From an uncultured Gemmatimonadaceae bacterium (GTDB lineage: Bacteria; Gemmatimonadota; Gemmatimonadetes; Gemmatimonadales; Gemmatimonadaceae): DNA of 64,000 bases. A program made the position numbers and the translations under genes. Of the stretch, positions 9,536-19,739 are shown piece after piece (position 1 is the first letter of the stretch; the number at the start of each line of letters is the position of its first letter). The stretch spans positions 704,001 through 768,000 of the forward strand of contig CAWBOC010000005.1 of NCBI GenBank assembly GCA_963790305.1. The letters are read 5' to 3'. The notes beneath the pieces were generated by a model, which was not told the origin of the DNA, searched no databases, and was given only the letters and a program-made list of their open reading frames with translations.

Positions 9536-10645
9536 ATGACGCTCGACGAGCTGGAAACACCCGCCCCGGTCGTCGACCTCGCCCGCATGGAGCGCAACCT
9601 CGACGGCATGGCGGCCTACGCGGCGTCGCATGACCTCGCGCTGCGTCCCCACATCAAGACCCACAAGACGCCGTGGCTGGCCGCCGAGCAGTTGCGGCGC
9701 GGCGCGGTCGGAGTGACGTGTGCGACGCCCCGTGAGGCAGAGGTGATGAGCGAGGTCGCCGAGGACGTGCTGCTCGCGTACCCAGCCGTCGGATCCGTGC
9801 GGGCGCGCCGCGTTGCCGCCCTCCCTGCTGATGTTCGGCTCACCGTTGCGCTCGATTCTGTGCACGCCGCTGACGATCTCGCCGACGCGGCTCGCGAAGC
9901 GGGCCGCCGCGTCGGCGTTCTGATCGAGTGCGACATGGGAATGCGGCGCGTCGGCGTGCAGACGCCGGAGGACGCCGTCGCTCTCGTGAGGCACGTGGCC
10001 GGCCGACGCGAGCTGGAGTACGCGGGCATCGCTTTCTATCCTGGCCATATTCGCGAGCCGGTAGATCAGCAGGGCGATGCGCTGAAGGCGCTGACTCAAC
10101 GCGTCAGCCGCACGCTGGACGTGCTGAGGCGTGCCGACCTCGACCCGGCGATCGTGAGCGGCGGCTCGACGCCGACCGCGCTGCGCACGCACGAGATCGA
10201 GGGTGTGACCGAGATGCGCCCGGGCACCTACATCTTCAACGACCGGACGACGGCGGCCATCGGTGCCTGTACGATGAATGAGTGCGCGCTCACGGTGCTC
10301 GCTACGGTGGTGAGTATTGCGGTACCCGGCCAGGCCGTCATCGACGCCGGAACCAAGTCACTCGGCCGCGAGCCAATGCGCGGCGCTGAGGGCGATGGGT
10401 TCGGGGTGGTATACGGTCGTGAGGATGTCGTCGTGCGCGCGATGTCAGAGGAGCACGGCCTCCTCGATCTGTCGCGGACGGATTGGCGGCCCGCCGTCGG
10501 CGACCGCGTACGCGTTATCCCCAATCATGTGTGCATCGTGGTCCATCTGTTCGATATGGTGCACGGCATACGCGGGGAGACCGTCGAATCGAGCTGGCAG
10601 GTGCCCGCGCGTGGCCGGGCGGCGCAGGTTGATGTCCTCGGTTGA
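9536..10645 (+). CDS. D-threonine aldolase / D-serine dehydratase-like fold-type III PLP enzyme
   Basis: LETPAPVVD, RPHIKTHK PLP lysine, SGGSTPT, EMRPGTYIFND, IPNHVC; GGAG RBS before ATG 9536. Confidence 0.9.
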   Translation: MTLDELETPAPVVDLARMERNLDGMAAYAASHDLALRPHIKTHKTPWLAAEQLRRGAVGVTCATPREAEVMSEVAEDVLLAYPAVGSVRARRVAALPADVRLTVALDSVHAADDLADAAREAGRRVGVLIECDMGMRRVGVQTPEDAVALVRHVAGRRELEYAGIAFYPGHIREPVDQQGDALKALTQRVSRTLDVLRRADLDPAIVSGGSTPTALRTHEIEGVTEMRPGTYIFNDRTTAAIGACTMNECALTVLATVVSIAVPGQAVIDAGTKSLGREPMRGAEGDGFGVVYGREDVVVRAMSEEHGLLDLSRTDWRPAVGDRVRVIPNHVCIVVHLFDMVHGIRGETVESSWQVPARGRAAQVDVLG

Positions 10646-10702
10646 GCTTCAAACGGCGGAGGCTCAGAAGGCCGCGCGCGGATTTACGCCCGACACGGAC
10701 CC

Positions 10703-11986
10703 ATGTCTAATCCCAGGATGATGCTGAATATGCGACTGACGACTCTCCTGCTGCTCGCCGCCGTCACGCTGGAGCCATTGAGCGCGCAGGCGACGGATCC
10801 ACACCTCGCGCGCGCGCGGCGTGTGCTCCGGCAGACGCCGCTCATTGACGGGCATAACGATCTACCGTGGGCGATCCGCACCGACTCGGTCGCGCGGCAC
10901 GACGTCGAAAAATACGATCTTCGCAGGACGACGCCCGGGCACACCGATCTCGCGCGGCTCAAGGCGGGAATGGTCGGCGGACAGTTCTGGTCGGTTTACA
11001 TCCCCGCCAACGTCCGTGATTCGGGATACGCGCGCGTGCAGCTCGAGCAGATCGACATCGCTCGGCAGGTCATCGCGAAGTACCCGGAGATCGAGTGGGC
11101 CCTTACCGCTGACGCGCTGCGCGCGAGCCACGCGCGCGGACGCATCGGGTCGCTCCTCGGCCTCGAGGGGGGGCACGCCATTGAGAACTCGCTCGGGGCG
11201 CTGCGCACCTACTACGATCTGGGCGCACGCTACATGACGCTCACCCACTCGGCGAACATCGATTGGGCGGACTCGGGAACCGATTCCGTGCGGCACGGCG
11301 GCCTGACGAAATTCGGCGAGGAGGTCGTCCGCGAGATGAACCGGCTTGGAATGCTCGTGGACCTCTCGCACGTGTCACCCGGTACGATGAGCGACGCGCT
11401 CAACGTCAGCGAAGCCCCGGTCATCTTCTCGCACTCCTCCGCGCGCGCGGTCACCGATGTTCCGCGCAACGTTCCCGACTCGATCCTCAAGCGGCTTCCG
11501 CAGAATGGCGGCCTCGTCATGGTCACGTTCGTGCCGGGATTCGTCTCGCGACAGGTAGCCGAGTACGGCAGTGAGATGCAGCGCGTGAATGCAGAGCTGC
11601 GGCAGCGGTTCGCGAGTGACGACGCGGCGCGCCGCCGTGAGCTCGCCGCGTGGCGCGAGTCGCACCCCGGGCCGAAGGCAACACTCAAGGACGTTGCCGA
11701 CCACATCGATCACATTCGCCGAGTCGCGGGCGCCGATCATGTGGGCATCGGGGGGGACTTCGACGGCATCAGTGAGACGCCGGTTGGGCTCGAGGATGTC
11801 TCGACATATCCCGCGCTCTTTGCCGAGCTCTCGCGGCGGGGATGGTCCGAAGCGGATCTGCGAAAGCTCGCCGGCGAGAACCTGCTGCGCGCCCTCAAGC
11901 GCGCCGAGGTCGTCTCGGCGCGGTTGAAGCAGCAGCGCACGCCGTCCACCAGGACCATTCAGGAGCTCGACGGAACCCGAACGTGA
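10703..11986 (+). CDS. Membrane (renal-type) dipeptidase, peptidase M19; start may be 10730
   Basis: IDGHNDLP, GLEGGH, VDLSHVS, FSHSS, GGDFDG motifs; signal peptide. Confidence 0.92.
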   Translation: MSNPRMMLNMRLTTLLLLAAVTLEPLSAQATDPHLARARRVLRQTPLIDGHNDLPWAIRTDSVARHDVEKYDLRRTTPGHTDLARLKAGMVGGQFWSVYIPANVRDSGYARVQLEQIDIARQVIAKYPEIEWALTADALRASHARGRIGSLLGLEGGHAIENSLGALRTYYDLGARYMTLTHSANIDWADSGTDSVRHGGLTKFGEEVVREMNRLGMLVDLSHVSPGTMSDALNVSEAPVIFSHSSARAVTDVPRNVPDSILKRLPQNGGLVMVTFVPGFVSRQVAEYGSEMQRVNAELRQRFASDDAARRRELAAWRESHPGPKATLKDVADHIDHIRRVAGADHVGIGGDFDGISETPVGLEDVSTYPALFAELSRRGWSEADLRKLAGENLLRALKRAEVVSARLKQQRTPSTRTIQELDGTRT

Positions 11987-12549
11987 CCGAGGTCCGGCGA
12001 TGCGAATGGGCGCGACTCCCGCTCGACATCGTCTATCATGACACGGAGTGGGGCGTCCCCGTGCACGACGATCGCACGCACTTCGAGTTCATAACACTCG
12101 AGGGGGCGCAGGCCGGCCTGAGCTGGTCGACGATCCTCAAGAAGCGCGAACGCTATCGTGAGGTGCTCGACGGTTTCGACCCGGAGCGCATCGCGCGGTA
12201 CACCAGGCGCAAGCTCGACACGCTGCTCCGTGACCCAGGCATTGTACGCAACAAGCTCAAGGTCGCGTCCCTCGTCCCGAACGCGCGAGGGTTTCTCGCC
12301 GTGCGTGATGAGCTCGGCTCGTTCGACGCGTTCGTCTGGCGTTTCGTGGGTGGTGCTCCGAAGCGCAACGACCGTCGAACGCTCAAGGACATTCCCGCGA
12401 AGACGGCTGAGTCGGATGCGCTGAGCAAGGAGCTGCTGCGACGGGGGTTCAAGTTCGTCGGCTCGACGATTTGCTATGCGTACATGCAGGCATGCGGCCT
12501 CGTCGACGACCACGTGGTCGGATGCTTTCGGCGGGCGCGGCAGTCCTGA
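11983..12549 (+). CDS. tag: DNA-3-methyladenine glycosylase I
   Basis: RCEW, YHDTEWGVP, LEGAQAGLSW, GFKFVGSTICYAYMQACG, DDHVVGC; GTG start overlaps upstream stop. Confidence 0.95.
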   Translation: MTEVRRCEWARLPLDIVYHDTEWGVPVHDDRTHFEFITLEGAQAGLSWSTILKKRERYREVLDGFDPERIARYTRRKLDTLLRDPGIVRNKLKVASLVPNARGFLAVRDELGSFDAFVWRFVGGAPKRNDRRTLKDIPAKTAESDALSKELLRRGFKFVGSTICYAYMQACGLVDDHVVGCFRRARQS

Positions 12550-12555
12550 AACAGA

Positions 12556-12583
12556 GCGGGCGGAGTCTTTCGACTCCGCCCGC
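12556..12583. terminator. Stem-loop between convergent genes
   Basis: GCGGGCGGAGTC-tttc-GACTCCGCCCGC perfect 12-bp stem. Confidence 0.7.
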
Positions 12584-12611
12584 GTCATGCAAAGCTCAAC
12601 TCGTCCGGCGC

Positions 12612-14456
12612 TTACCTCACGATTTGCACCTCATCGGTGCCGACGACCTTTCGACCGTCGACCGTCAGGCCATTCAGCGTCAGCATGCCGGTCGTGCGGC
12701 TCAGATCGCCCGCCTTGATCAGGTCGTCGCGATCGAACACCACCAGCAGGTCCTTGTCTCCATCGCGGTCGACGTCGACGAGCACCGCGAGATCACCGTT
12801 GTTGAAGAAGAACTTGTTGTCGCCCCAGTTGCCCAGGTCCGACGGCGCCGAGAAGTGCGCGCCATGCTTGAGTTGCGCGACGGGAACGCCGGCGAGCCTG
12901 AGGCTCGACACGTTGACGTCCGCCGCATTGAGTCTCTCTGACGAGAGCACCGCGACCGCGATCAGCCTGTCGAACGGACCCTTCATGTAGATGCGGTTGG
13001 TCTTGTGCCACGGTTTGATGTCGATGTCGATCTCGTCGATCTTCACCACGACCTGGGCCTCGACCGCGTTGGCCGCACCCTCGTCCTTGTCGTGCAGCGC
13101 CACGCGCACGGTGTAGGTGCCGGGCTCCGTATAGCTGTGGCTACCGCGGATCGGAAGGGCAAGACTGGTCGCGTCACCTTCGTCAACACTGCCGTCGCCC
13201 CACGTGATCGAATAGTGCCAAGGCGCATCAAGCACGCCGGCATCACTCAGCGCAACCGAGACGTCGTATGGCTCGCCGATGAACCTGGTGGCGCCTTCGA
13301 GCGCGCTCAGCGAGGGAAGAGCGTTCGACACATCGACGCGCGTCGTCACCAGCGTGACGAGCTCGCCGTCGCTCACTGCCAGCGTCGCGGAATACGCGCC
13401 GTTGTCGACGAAGCGGTGCGAGACGCTCTGTCCGTTCATGTTCGTGCCGTCACCCAATGTCCAGGCGTACGTGAGTGCGTCGCCATTCTCGTCGGTGGCC
13501 GAGCCGCTCAGGTCCACGGTCTCCCCCTCGATCGACGCGTACGGTCCACCCACTTCGACGACAGGCGGAACGTTCACTGGCTCCGGCGCGCAGCTGTTTG
13601 CCTCACGATACCCCGCGCCACTCGGCGTGTAGGTGATCGCGCAACCCTGCAGTCCGAGCACCGCCGCCCCGGCGGCCGTGCGCATGTTCGCCGCGCCCGC
13701 GGCGACACCCGCGCTGGCGTTCGAGACAATCATCTGCATCTCGCGATAGGCGAACACGACTTCGCCCGTACGCTCCACCAGCTGGAGCTGGAAGCTGCTG
13801 CCAGGATACGAAAGGCTGCAGCACGGGCGCATGTCGTTCCACGTCACGACGTAGCGACGGTTACCCGGCTCGCCGACCGTGTTCACGAAGACGCGGCTGT
13901 TCTGGAGATTCGGGAAGCTGAAGCGCGACGCCGGCATCCAGTCTGCGTACGCCGGCGCGGCGAGAACGAACGCGCCGTCCGGGATATTCCAGGTGCGCTT
14001 GAAGTTGATCGGGCTGCCGAAGCTGATGTGCCCGTTCGCGCTCACGTACACGGACGAGAACGTCTGTCCGTAAAAGGAGAACGAGAACGGAAGCGCCTGC
14101 GGCGTCGTGTCATCATCAATGTACTGAAGTCCCGTTCCCAACTGGGGCACCCATGCTGCCGGTGTCACCGCCGCGAGATCGACGGCCAGCGGCGACAGCG
14201 GCGCCGCCGACAGACGAAGTCCGGCCATGGCGTCCCCGGCGATGCTTCCCGTCGACAACGATACGCCGACCGCATTCGCGCGGGCGTACATGCTGGGCGG
14301 GAGGCCCGGAGCGTACTTGGCCAGCGCGTCCGGCACCTCGACGTAGGAGTCGTTGGTAAAGTCGGGGGCGAACGGCTTGGTGGTGAAGAACTCACAGGCG
14401 CTCGTGGACAGCGTCATCGCGAGGAGCGCGACCGCGGCGTTGCGGTTCGTAAACAT
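12612..14456 (-). CDS. Lipoprotein with NIDO-like domain and two PKD domains
   Basis: TSAC lipobox; LPFSFSFYGQTFSSVYVSANG; WTLGDG..SH.F...G.Y and ITWGDG..HSYTEPGTY PKD motifs; DVDRDGDKD Ca-loop. Confidence 0.8.
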   Translation of the reverse strand: MFTNRNAAVALLAMTLSTSACEFFTTKPFAPDFTNDSYVEVPDALAKYAPGLPPSMYARANAVGVSLSTGSIAGDAMAGLRLSAAPLSPLAVDLAAVTPAAWVPQLGTGLQYIDDDTTPQALPFSFSFYGQTFSSVYVSANGHISFGSPINFKRTWNIPDGAFVLAAPAYADWMPASRFSFPNLQNSRVFVNTVGEPGNRRYVVTWNDMRPCCSLSYPGSSFQLQLVERTGEVVFAYREMQMIVSNASAGVAAGAANMRTAAGAAVLGLQGCAITYTPSGAGYREANSCAPEPVNVPPVVEVGGPYASIEGETVDLSGSATDENGDALTYAWTLGDGTNMNGQSVSHRFVDNGAYSATLAVSDGELVTLVTTRVDVSNALPSLSALEGATRFIGEPYDVSVALSDAGVLDAPWHYSITWGDGSVDEGDATSLALPIRGSHSYTEPGTYTVRVALHDKDEGAANAVEAQVVVKIDEIDIDIKPWHKTNRIYMKGPFDRLIAVAVLSSERLNAADVNVSSLRLAGVPVAQLKHGAHFSAPSDLGNWGDNKFFFNNGDLAVLVDVDRDGDKDLLVVFDRDDLIKAGDLSRTTGMLTLNGLTVDGRKVVGTDEVQIVR

Positions 14457-14491
14457 GGGTTGAACCCGAGGTTGATGTCCGTGGTGCTGCG

Positions 14492-14508
14492 TGCGAAGCC
14501 CCTGCCAG
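14492..14508 (-). promoter_or_regulatory. Candidate sigma-54 -24/-12 promoter for the PKD lipoprotein
   Basis: Minus strand CTGGCAGGGGCTTCGCA with correct GG-N10-GC spacing, 35 bp upstream of ATG. Confidence 0.5.
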
Positions 14509-14801
14509 GCAGGCGGGGGTATCCTATGAGATGACGGACATCACGGGAGGGTGGTAATCATTAGAAACGGTCGCTGGTCGTTAGGCTTTTCGCCCTCCCG
14601 AAGCTTCGGGTTCGTTATGCACCTAACCGCTTGGTGGCGTGGATGTTCACCTGTGTGCCCGAACCGTAGGAATGGATGGCCGTGGACTTGCGTTGGCGCG
14701 TGAGGTTGGCGTCGCCGAAAGCGCCCGAAAGTGGGCGAAAACACACCGTTTCGCGTGGCCGGAATTCAGGCCAAAAAGGCAGGGAATGCGGAAACTATTT
14801 C

Positions 14802-15656
14802 CTACTCCTCGACCTTTGTTCCTTCTCGGCGCTGCAGAAGGATGACCGCGAGCGCGATGAGCGCTCCTCCGGCGAGGGTCGAGGAAGGCAGGGGCTGCGT
14901 CAGAACGAGGGCGCCGAGCAGCGTGGTGAAGAACGGCTCGATCGTCGACACGATCGCCGTACGGACCGGGCCGAGCACGGCCAGGCCGCCGAGGAAGAAC
15001 AGAAACGCCACCGCCGTCCCAATGATCGCAAATCCGGCAATGGCGACCCATGCGGCTGGGTCGAGCTGGACGGTGAGGGTCCGTGTCACCAGACCGGTAA
15101 TGACGTGAACGATGCCCGCTCCGAACGCCACGTACGCTGACATCACGGTGGGGCGGATTCCCTCCTGCATGCGACCGATCGTAGGGATGTACAAGCCGTA
15201 GCACGCGGCGGCGGAGAGCGAGAGGAGCACGCCCACGAATGGCACATCAGTGGACTCCGACCATGGAGTGCCGACCATCGTGGCAGTCCCGGCGAAGGAG
15301 ATGGCGAGCGCCAGGAGTCGGCGCGCATCGACGCGCTCGGTGCTGCTCACGAAGGAGAACACCGCCACCCACGCCGGATACGTGTAGAAGAGGAACGCGT
15401 TCGTGCCGGCGGGGAGATGATCGAGCGCCCGCAGCGCGAGAAACGAGATGAGAGCCTGTCCGCCGCCGCCAATGAGAAGCACTCGCGCCGCGAGCGCACG
15501 TGGAATGCGAAGGGCGCGCACGCCGCCGGCTGCGGCAGTGAGAAGCACGGCCGCGAAGAGAAAGCGCCACGCGAGTATCGACGTGAGCGGCGCGCCGGTG
15601 CGTCGAGCGAGGACCACGAAGATCGCAATGGCGCCGAAGCAGCATGCGCCGAGCAC
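14802..15656 (-). CDS. EamA/DMT family transporter (start uncertain)
   Basis: About 10 hydrophobic segments; FLFYTYP, STIEPFFT...GGALI motifs. Confidence 0.9.
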   Translation of the reverse strand: MLGACCFGAIAIFVVLARRTGAPLTSILAWRFLFAAVLLTAAAGGVRALRIPRALAARVLLIGGGGQALISFLALRALDHLPAGTNAFLFYTYPAWVAVFSFVSSTERVDARRLLALAISFAGTATMVGTPWSESTDVPFVGVLLSLSAAACYGLYIPTIGRMQEGIRPTVMSAYVAFGAGIVHVITGLVTRTLTVQLDPAAWVAIAGFAIIGTAVAFLFFLGGLAVLGPVRTAIVSTIEPFFTTLLGALVLTQPLPSSTLAGGALIALAVILLQRREGTKVEE

Positions 15657-15794
15657 GATGAAGAGCGTGGCGCGCGCAGTGGAAGGCGGTCGTCCCGGCG
15701 TAGTGTCTCTCTCTTGTGGGTCTGTGGCCGGGGATTCTATTTAGGCTTGTGCGTTTGAACAACGTCTCTCTGCTCCATTCGCGCAACGAGTTTG

Positions 15795-15889
15795 ACTGCA
15801 TCACCACAGAGGCATAGAGGGCACAGAGAACTTCACACGCTTTTTGGACGACCTCCTCTGTGCCCTCTGTGCCTCTGTGGTGATGCAGT
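15795..15889. repeat. Palindromic CACAGAGG-nonamer element
   Basis: ACTGCATCACCACAGAGGCA...TGCCTCTGTGGTGATGCAGT; same ends as 21632-21734. Confidence 0.9.
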
Positions 15890-15931
15890 TCGGCTCATTG
15901 CGAACGCGACCCGACCTACCGTCATCAGGTC

Positions 15932-17624
15932 ATGCGAATTCGCCCCGTCACAGCCCTCGTCGCGCTTCTCACTCTCCTCTCGGCATGCGCCTCGGCGGGC
16001 GCGCGGCGCGGCGATGACGGGGGGTTCAATGTCGTCATTACCGGCGGGCGGATCGTCGACGGCAGTGGTAATCCATGGTTTTATGGCGACGTCGGTATTC
16101 GGGGAGACCGCATCGCGCGCATCGCGCCGCGTGGCGCGCTCGCCAGCCGGTCAACCCGGCAGCGCATTGATGCGAGCGGCCTCGTCGTCGCCCCGGGATT
16201 CATCGACATCCAAAGTCATTCGCGCGGCGCCTTTCTCACCGGCGACAGTCGCGTCGTCAGCAAGGTGACGCAGGGCGTTACCACGGAGATACTCGGCGAA
16301 GGATCGACGAACGCCCCGGTCAACGACCTCACCCTAACGGGCGCTGACAGCGGCTGGCGCCGGCTCCACGAGCCGTTTCGCGGCGCCCGGGGCTTCGACG
16401 CCTGGCTACGCGCCATCGAGGCGCGCGGTGCGTCGACCAATTTCGGTTCGTTCGTGGGTGCGTCCACGATCCGCATGTACGGAAAGGGAATGGCTGAAGG
16501 CGCCGCCACGCGCGCTGAGCTCGACACCATGCGTGCGGCGATGGCGCGAGCGATGGAGGACGGGGCCTTCGGGCTCGCCTCCGCGCTCATCTATCCACCC
16601 GGTATCTTCGCGTCCACCGATGAGCTGGTCGAAGTCGCACAGGCAATGGCGCCCTACGGCGGTGTCTACATCACACACATGCGATCGGAAGCGGATCAGC
16701 TGCTGGAGGCGATCGACGAGGCGCTGACCATCGGCCGCCGCGCTGGCGTGCCGGTGGAGATCTATCACCTCAAAGCCGCGGGGCAGCGGAATTGGCACAA
16801 GGCGCCACTCGCCATCGCGAAGATCGATTCAGCGCGTCGGGCGGGGCAGGACGTCACCGCCGACATGTACGCGTACGTCGCTGGCGCGACGGATCTGTCG
16901 TCGTGCCTGCCGCCGTGGGCATCCGCCAATGGGAAGCTTCTCGACAACCTTCGCGACTCGGTGATGCGCGCACGCATCCACGCCGACGCCTCGCGCGAGT
17001 TCACCGAGTGGGAGAGTCTGTGCCGCCTCGCGACGCCCGAGGGTGTGATGGTGGTGTCCTTCGCGAAGGAAGAGAACAAGCCGCTCGAGGGGCTGCGCCT
17101 CGCGGACATCGCGACGCGGCGCGGAACCGATTGGGTAAATGTCGTGATCGACCTGACGATCGAGGAAGAGGACGGCATCGGCGGCATCTTCTTCATTGCG
17201 TCGGAGGAGAACCTGATGCTCCAAATGCGACAGCCCTGGATGAAGTTCGGCACCGATGCTGGCGGGCACGACCCCGAGCGTGCCCGGGGCATGACCCACC
17301 CGCGCGCGTACGGCAACTATCCGCGCGCACTCGGCAGATACGTGCGCGAGCACGGTGTGATGTCGCTCGAGGAGGCGGTCCGGAAGATGACGTCCGCGGT
17401 GGCGACGCGCCTGTCGATCGCTGACCGCGGCGTGCTTCGTGAGGGGACATTCGCGGACGTCGTCGTGTTCGACCCCGGAACGATCATCGATCGCGCGACC
17501 TACGAGCAGCCCGCACCAGGTCTCGGAGGGCGTGCGGCATGTTCTGGTGAACGGCGTCCCCGTCGTGAGCGATGGGCGACACACCGCTGCCACGCCCGGA
17601 CGCGCGGTGCGGAAGGAGAGGTGA
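15932..17624 (+). CDS. N-acyl-D-amino-acid deacylase (D-aminoacylase); frameshift near 17510
   Basis: DGSGNPWFYGDVGI, APGFIDIQSHS, THMRSE, HPRAYG; C-terminus HQVSEGVRHVLVNG...PGRAVR in shifted frame. Confidence 0.9.
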
Positions 17625-17627
17625 TGC

Positions 17628-18608
17628 ATGATGATCTTTCTCGACGCGTCGACTATTCGCGAGCTGCTCTCGATCGAGACGTGTATCACGGCGGTCGAGC
17701 AGGCGTTTCGTCTTCACGGAGAAGGGAAGGCGCCGCAGCCTGGCGTCCTTGGCATTCACGCCGAGCATGGCACCTTTCACATCAAGGCGGGCGTGCTCGA
17801 GCTTGGCCGGAACTACTTCGCGGCGAAGACGAACGCGAATTTCCCGGGAAACGTCGAGCGCTACGGGCTGCCGACGATTCAGGGCGTCATCGCCCTGTTC
17901 GATGCCGACCGGGGAACTCCGCTGGCGATTCTCGACTCGCGCGAGATCACCAGCCTCCGCACCGGCGCCGCGACGGCGGTGGCGGCGAAGTATCTGGCGC
18001 GCGCGGACGCTTCGGTCGTGACGATCTGCGGATGTGGTGTGCAAGGTCGCACGCAGCTTGCCGCGGTGGCGACGGTGCGAAAGATCGAGCGCGTGTATGC
18101 CGTGGACCACAACGCCGAGACGGCGGCGCGGTTCGCCAGAGAAATGTCGAACGAGCTCGGCGTTCGTGTCATCGCCGAGCCTGATTTGGCGGTGGCGGCG
18201 CGCGCGAGCGACATCTGTGTTACCTGCACTCCGTCGCGTAAAGCGATCCTCGGTGCCGGCGACGTGAATCCCGGCGCCTTCGTCGCCGCTGTTGGAGCTG
18301 ACAATCCCGACAAGCAGGAGCTCGACCCGGCGTTGCTCGCGCGCTCAGCGGTCGTGGTCGACATTCTCGATCAGGCGGTGACGTCGGGCGATCTGCATCA
18401 TGCGATCGCCGCTGGCGTGATGACTTCCGAGGCCGTGCGCGCCGAGCTCGGTGCCGTAGTGGCCGGCAGGAATCGCGGCCGGCTGCACGACGATGAGATC
18501 GTGATCTTCGACAGCACCGGCACGGCACTTCAAGACGTGGCAGCTGCGGCGGCCGTCTACGAGAGAGCGATGACGGAAGGGTTGGCTTCGAGGCCATCGT
18601 TCACGTAA
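17628..18608 (+). CDS. Ornithine cyclodeaminase/mu-crystallin family protein
   Basis: ITSLRTGAA, GCGVQG, AVGAD, FDSTGTALQDVAAA. Confidence 0.92.
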   Translation: MMIFLDASTIRELLSIETCITAVEQAFRLHGEGKAPQPGVLGIHAEHGTFHIKAGVLELGRNYFAAKTNANFPGNVERYGLPTIQGVIALFDADRGTPLAILDSREITSLRTGAATAVAAKYLARADASVVTICGCGVQGRTQLAAVATVRKIERVYAVDHNAETAARFAREMSNELGVRVIAEPDLAVAARASDICVTCTPSRKAILGAGDVNPGAFVAAVGADNPDKQELDPALLARSAVVVDILDQAVTSGDLHHAIAAGVMTSEAVRAELGAVVAGRNRGRLHDDEIVIFDSTGTALQDVAAAAAVYERAMTEGLASRPSFT

Positions 18609-18613
18609 GACAA

Positions 18614-18644
18614 CTGCGAGCTGCGAGCAGCTCGCAGTTCGCAG
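18614..18644. repeat. Inverted CTGCGAG heptamer hairpin between convergent genes
   Basis: CTGCGAGCTGCGAGC-a-GCTCGCAGTTCGCAG. Confidence 0.8.
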
Positions 18645-18648
18645 CGCT

Positions 18649-19065
18649 TTATCGCCAGGCGCCGATAATCGCCCCCATGAGGATGACGTGCACGAGCTGG
18701 TAGCCGGCGTCGATCATGAAGGCCGCGGGGCGCTTGTTCGAGTAGAGGTTGCTGTTGAGCCCGATCGTGAACCCGAAGCCGAGCCACGCGAGGACGGCGA
18801 GGACGATCCCCTGCACAGCGGTGGTGGCTCCGGTGAGCTCCATCAGGAGCGCGATCACCATCGCCATGATCACGTAGGTAACGAACGAGAACGCGTAGGT
18901 CTTGCCCATGCTCGACTGCAGCCCGGCGAGCTGCTCGGGCGTGTATCCGTGTGCCGCCATCCATTGTCGTCCGAATAGCGACCGCGAATACCACAGCGCG
19001 CCGAGCGCGAACGCCGCGATGGCGGCGACGAGGATGGCGAGCCAGTTCACGTCGTTCTGCAGCAT
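18649..19065 (-). CDS. DUF1761 family membrane protein
   Basis: VNWLAILVAAIAAFALGALWYS..FGRQW; IDAGYQLV; four TM segments. Confidence 0.85.
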   Translation of the reverse strand: MLQNDVNWLAILVAAIAAFALGALWYSRSLFGRQWMAAHGYTPEQLAGLQSSMGKTYAFSFVTYVIMAMVIALLMELTGATTAVQGIVLAVLAWLGFGFTIGLNSNLYSNKRPAAFMIDAGYQLVHVILMGAIIGAWR

Positions 19066-19114
19066 GAGACCTCCGGCATCAGGGTGAGGGTGGCGCGCCG
19101 TCGCGCCAGAGCTA

Positions 19115-19207
19115 CCAAGGTCGTCGAGGCTGTCGAGGATGTCCAGGTGAACGAACTGAAGTCTCTTCGATCACTTCGACGACCTCGATTACCTGGACGA
19201 CCTTTGG
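19115..19207. repeat. Palindromic GTCGAGGnn nonamer element
   Basis: ccaaggtcgtcgaggctgtcgaggatgtccagg ... cttcgacgacctcgattacctggacgacctttgg. Confidence 0.8.
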
Positions 19208-19732
19208 CTACAGGTACTTTTCCCGCAGCACACGCTCATGGTGCGCCACGTGGCCCGCGATCACGTAGGCCATCGCGCGGACGGAGACGACGAATCCGCT
19301 CGCGCTGCCGCGGCGGGCCAGCGCCTCAGGGTCGAGGTGATAGTAGAGATCGAGCGTCCCGGCGCGGAGGTGCGCGAACTCATCGGCCAGGCTGGCGAGG
19401 GTACGTGCGTTGAAGTTGCCCATCGGGACGTACTGGTCCTGCTCGAACGAGGCGAGCGGCGTCTCGTCGCCGCGCGCGAACCGGAGCGCGCGGTAGCTGA
19501 ACACGCGCTCGGTGTCGTTCACGTGCCCGATCATCTCCTTGACCGTCCACTTGTCGGGCGCATAACGATAATTGCCGCGGCCCTCGCCAAGCGACGTGAC
19601 GAGCTCTGGAAACTCGGTACCCTGCCGGGAGAGGATCTCGAAAATGTCGCCGTCGGGAACGCTTGCGACGTATCCCTCCTGATAGGGGGCGTACTCGCTC
19701 GCCGGCGGCCGCTCCAGCGTCACATGCGGCAT
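19208..19732 (-). CDS. DinB family protein
   Basis: YRYAPDKWTVKEMIGHVNDTERVF; IAGHVAHH. Confidence 0.9.
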   Translation of the reverse strand: MPHVTLERPPASEYAPYQEGYVASVPDGDIFEILSRQGTEFPELVTSLGEGRGNYRYAPDKWTVKEMIGHVNDTERVFSYRALRFARGDETPLASFEQDQYVPMGNFNARTLASLADEFAHLRAGTLDLYYHLDPEALARRGSASGFVVSVRAMAYVIAGHVAHHERVLREKYL

Positions 19733-19739
19733 GTCGTCC

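Noticed and set aside
14540..14760. Cyclic di-GMP or other riboswitch upstream of the PKD lipoprotein
   Set aside because: Small hairpins exist but I could not match a riboswitch consensus by eye; an Infernal scan would be needed.
15932..18184. 750-aa extended D-aminoacylase
   Set aside because: The tail is out-of-frame read-through over the cyclodeaminase gene after the frameshift near 17510.
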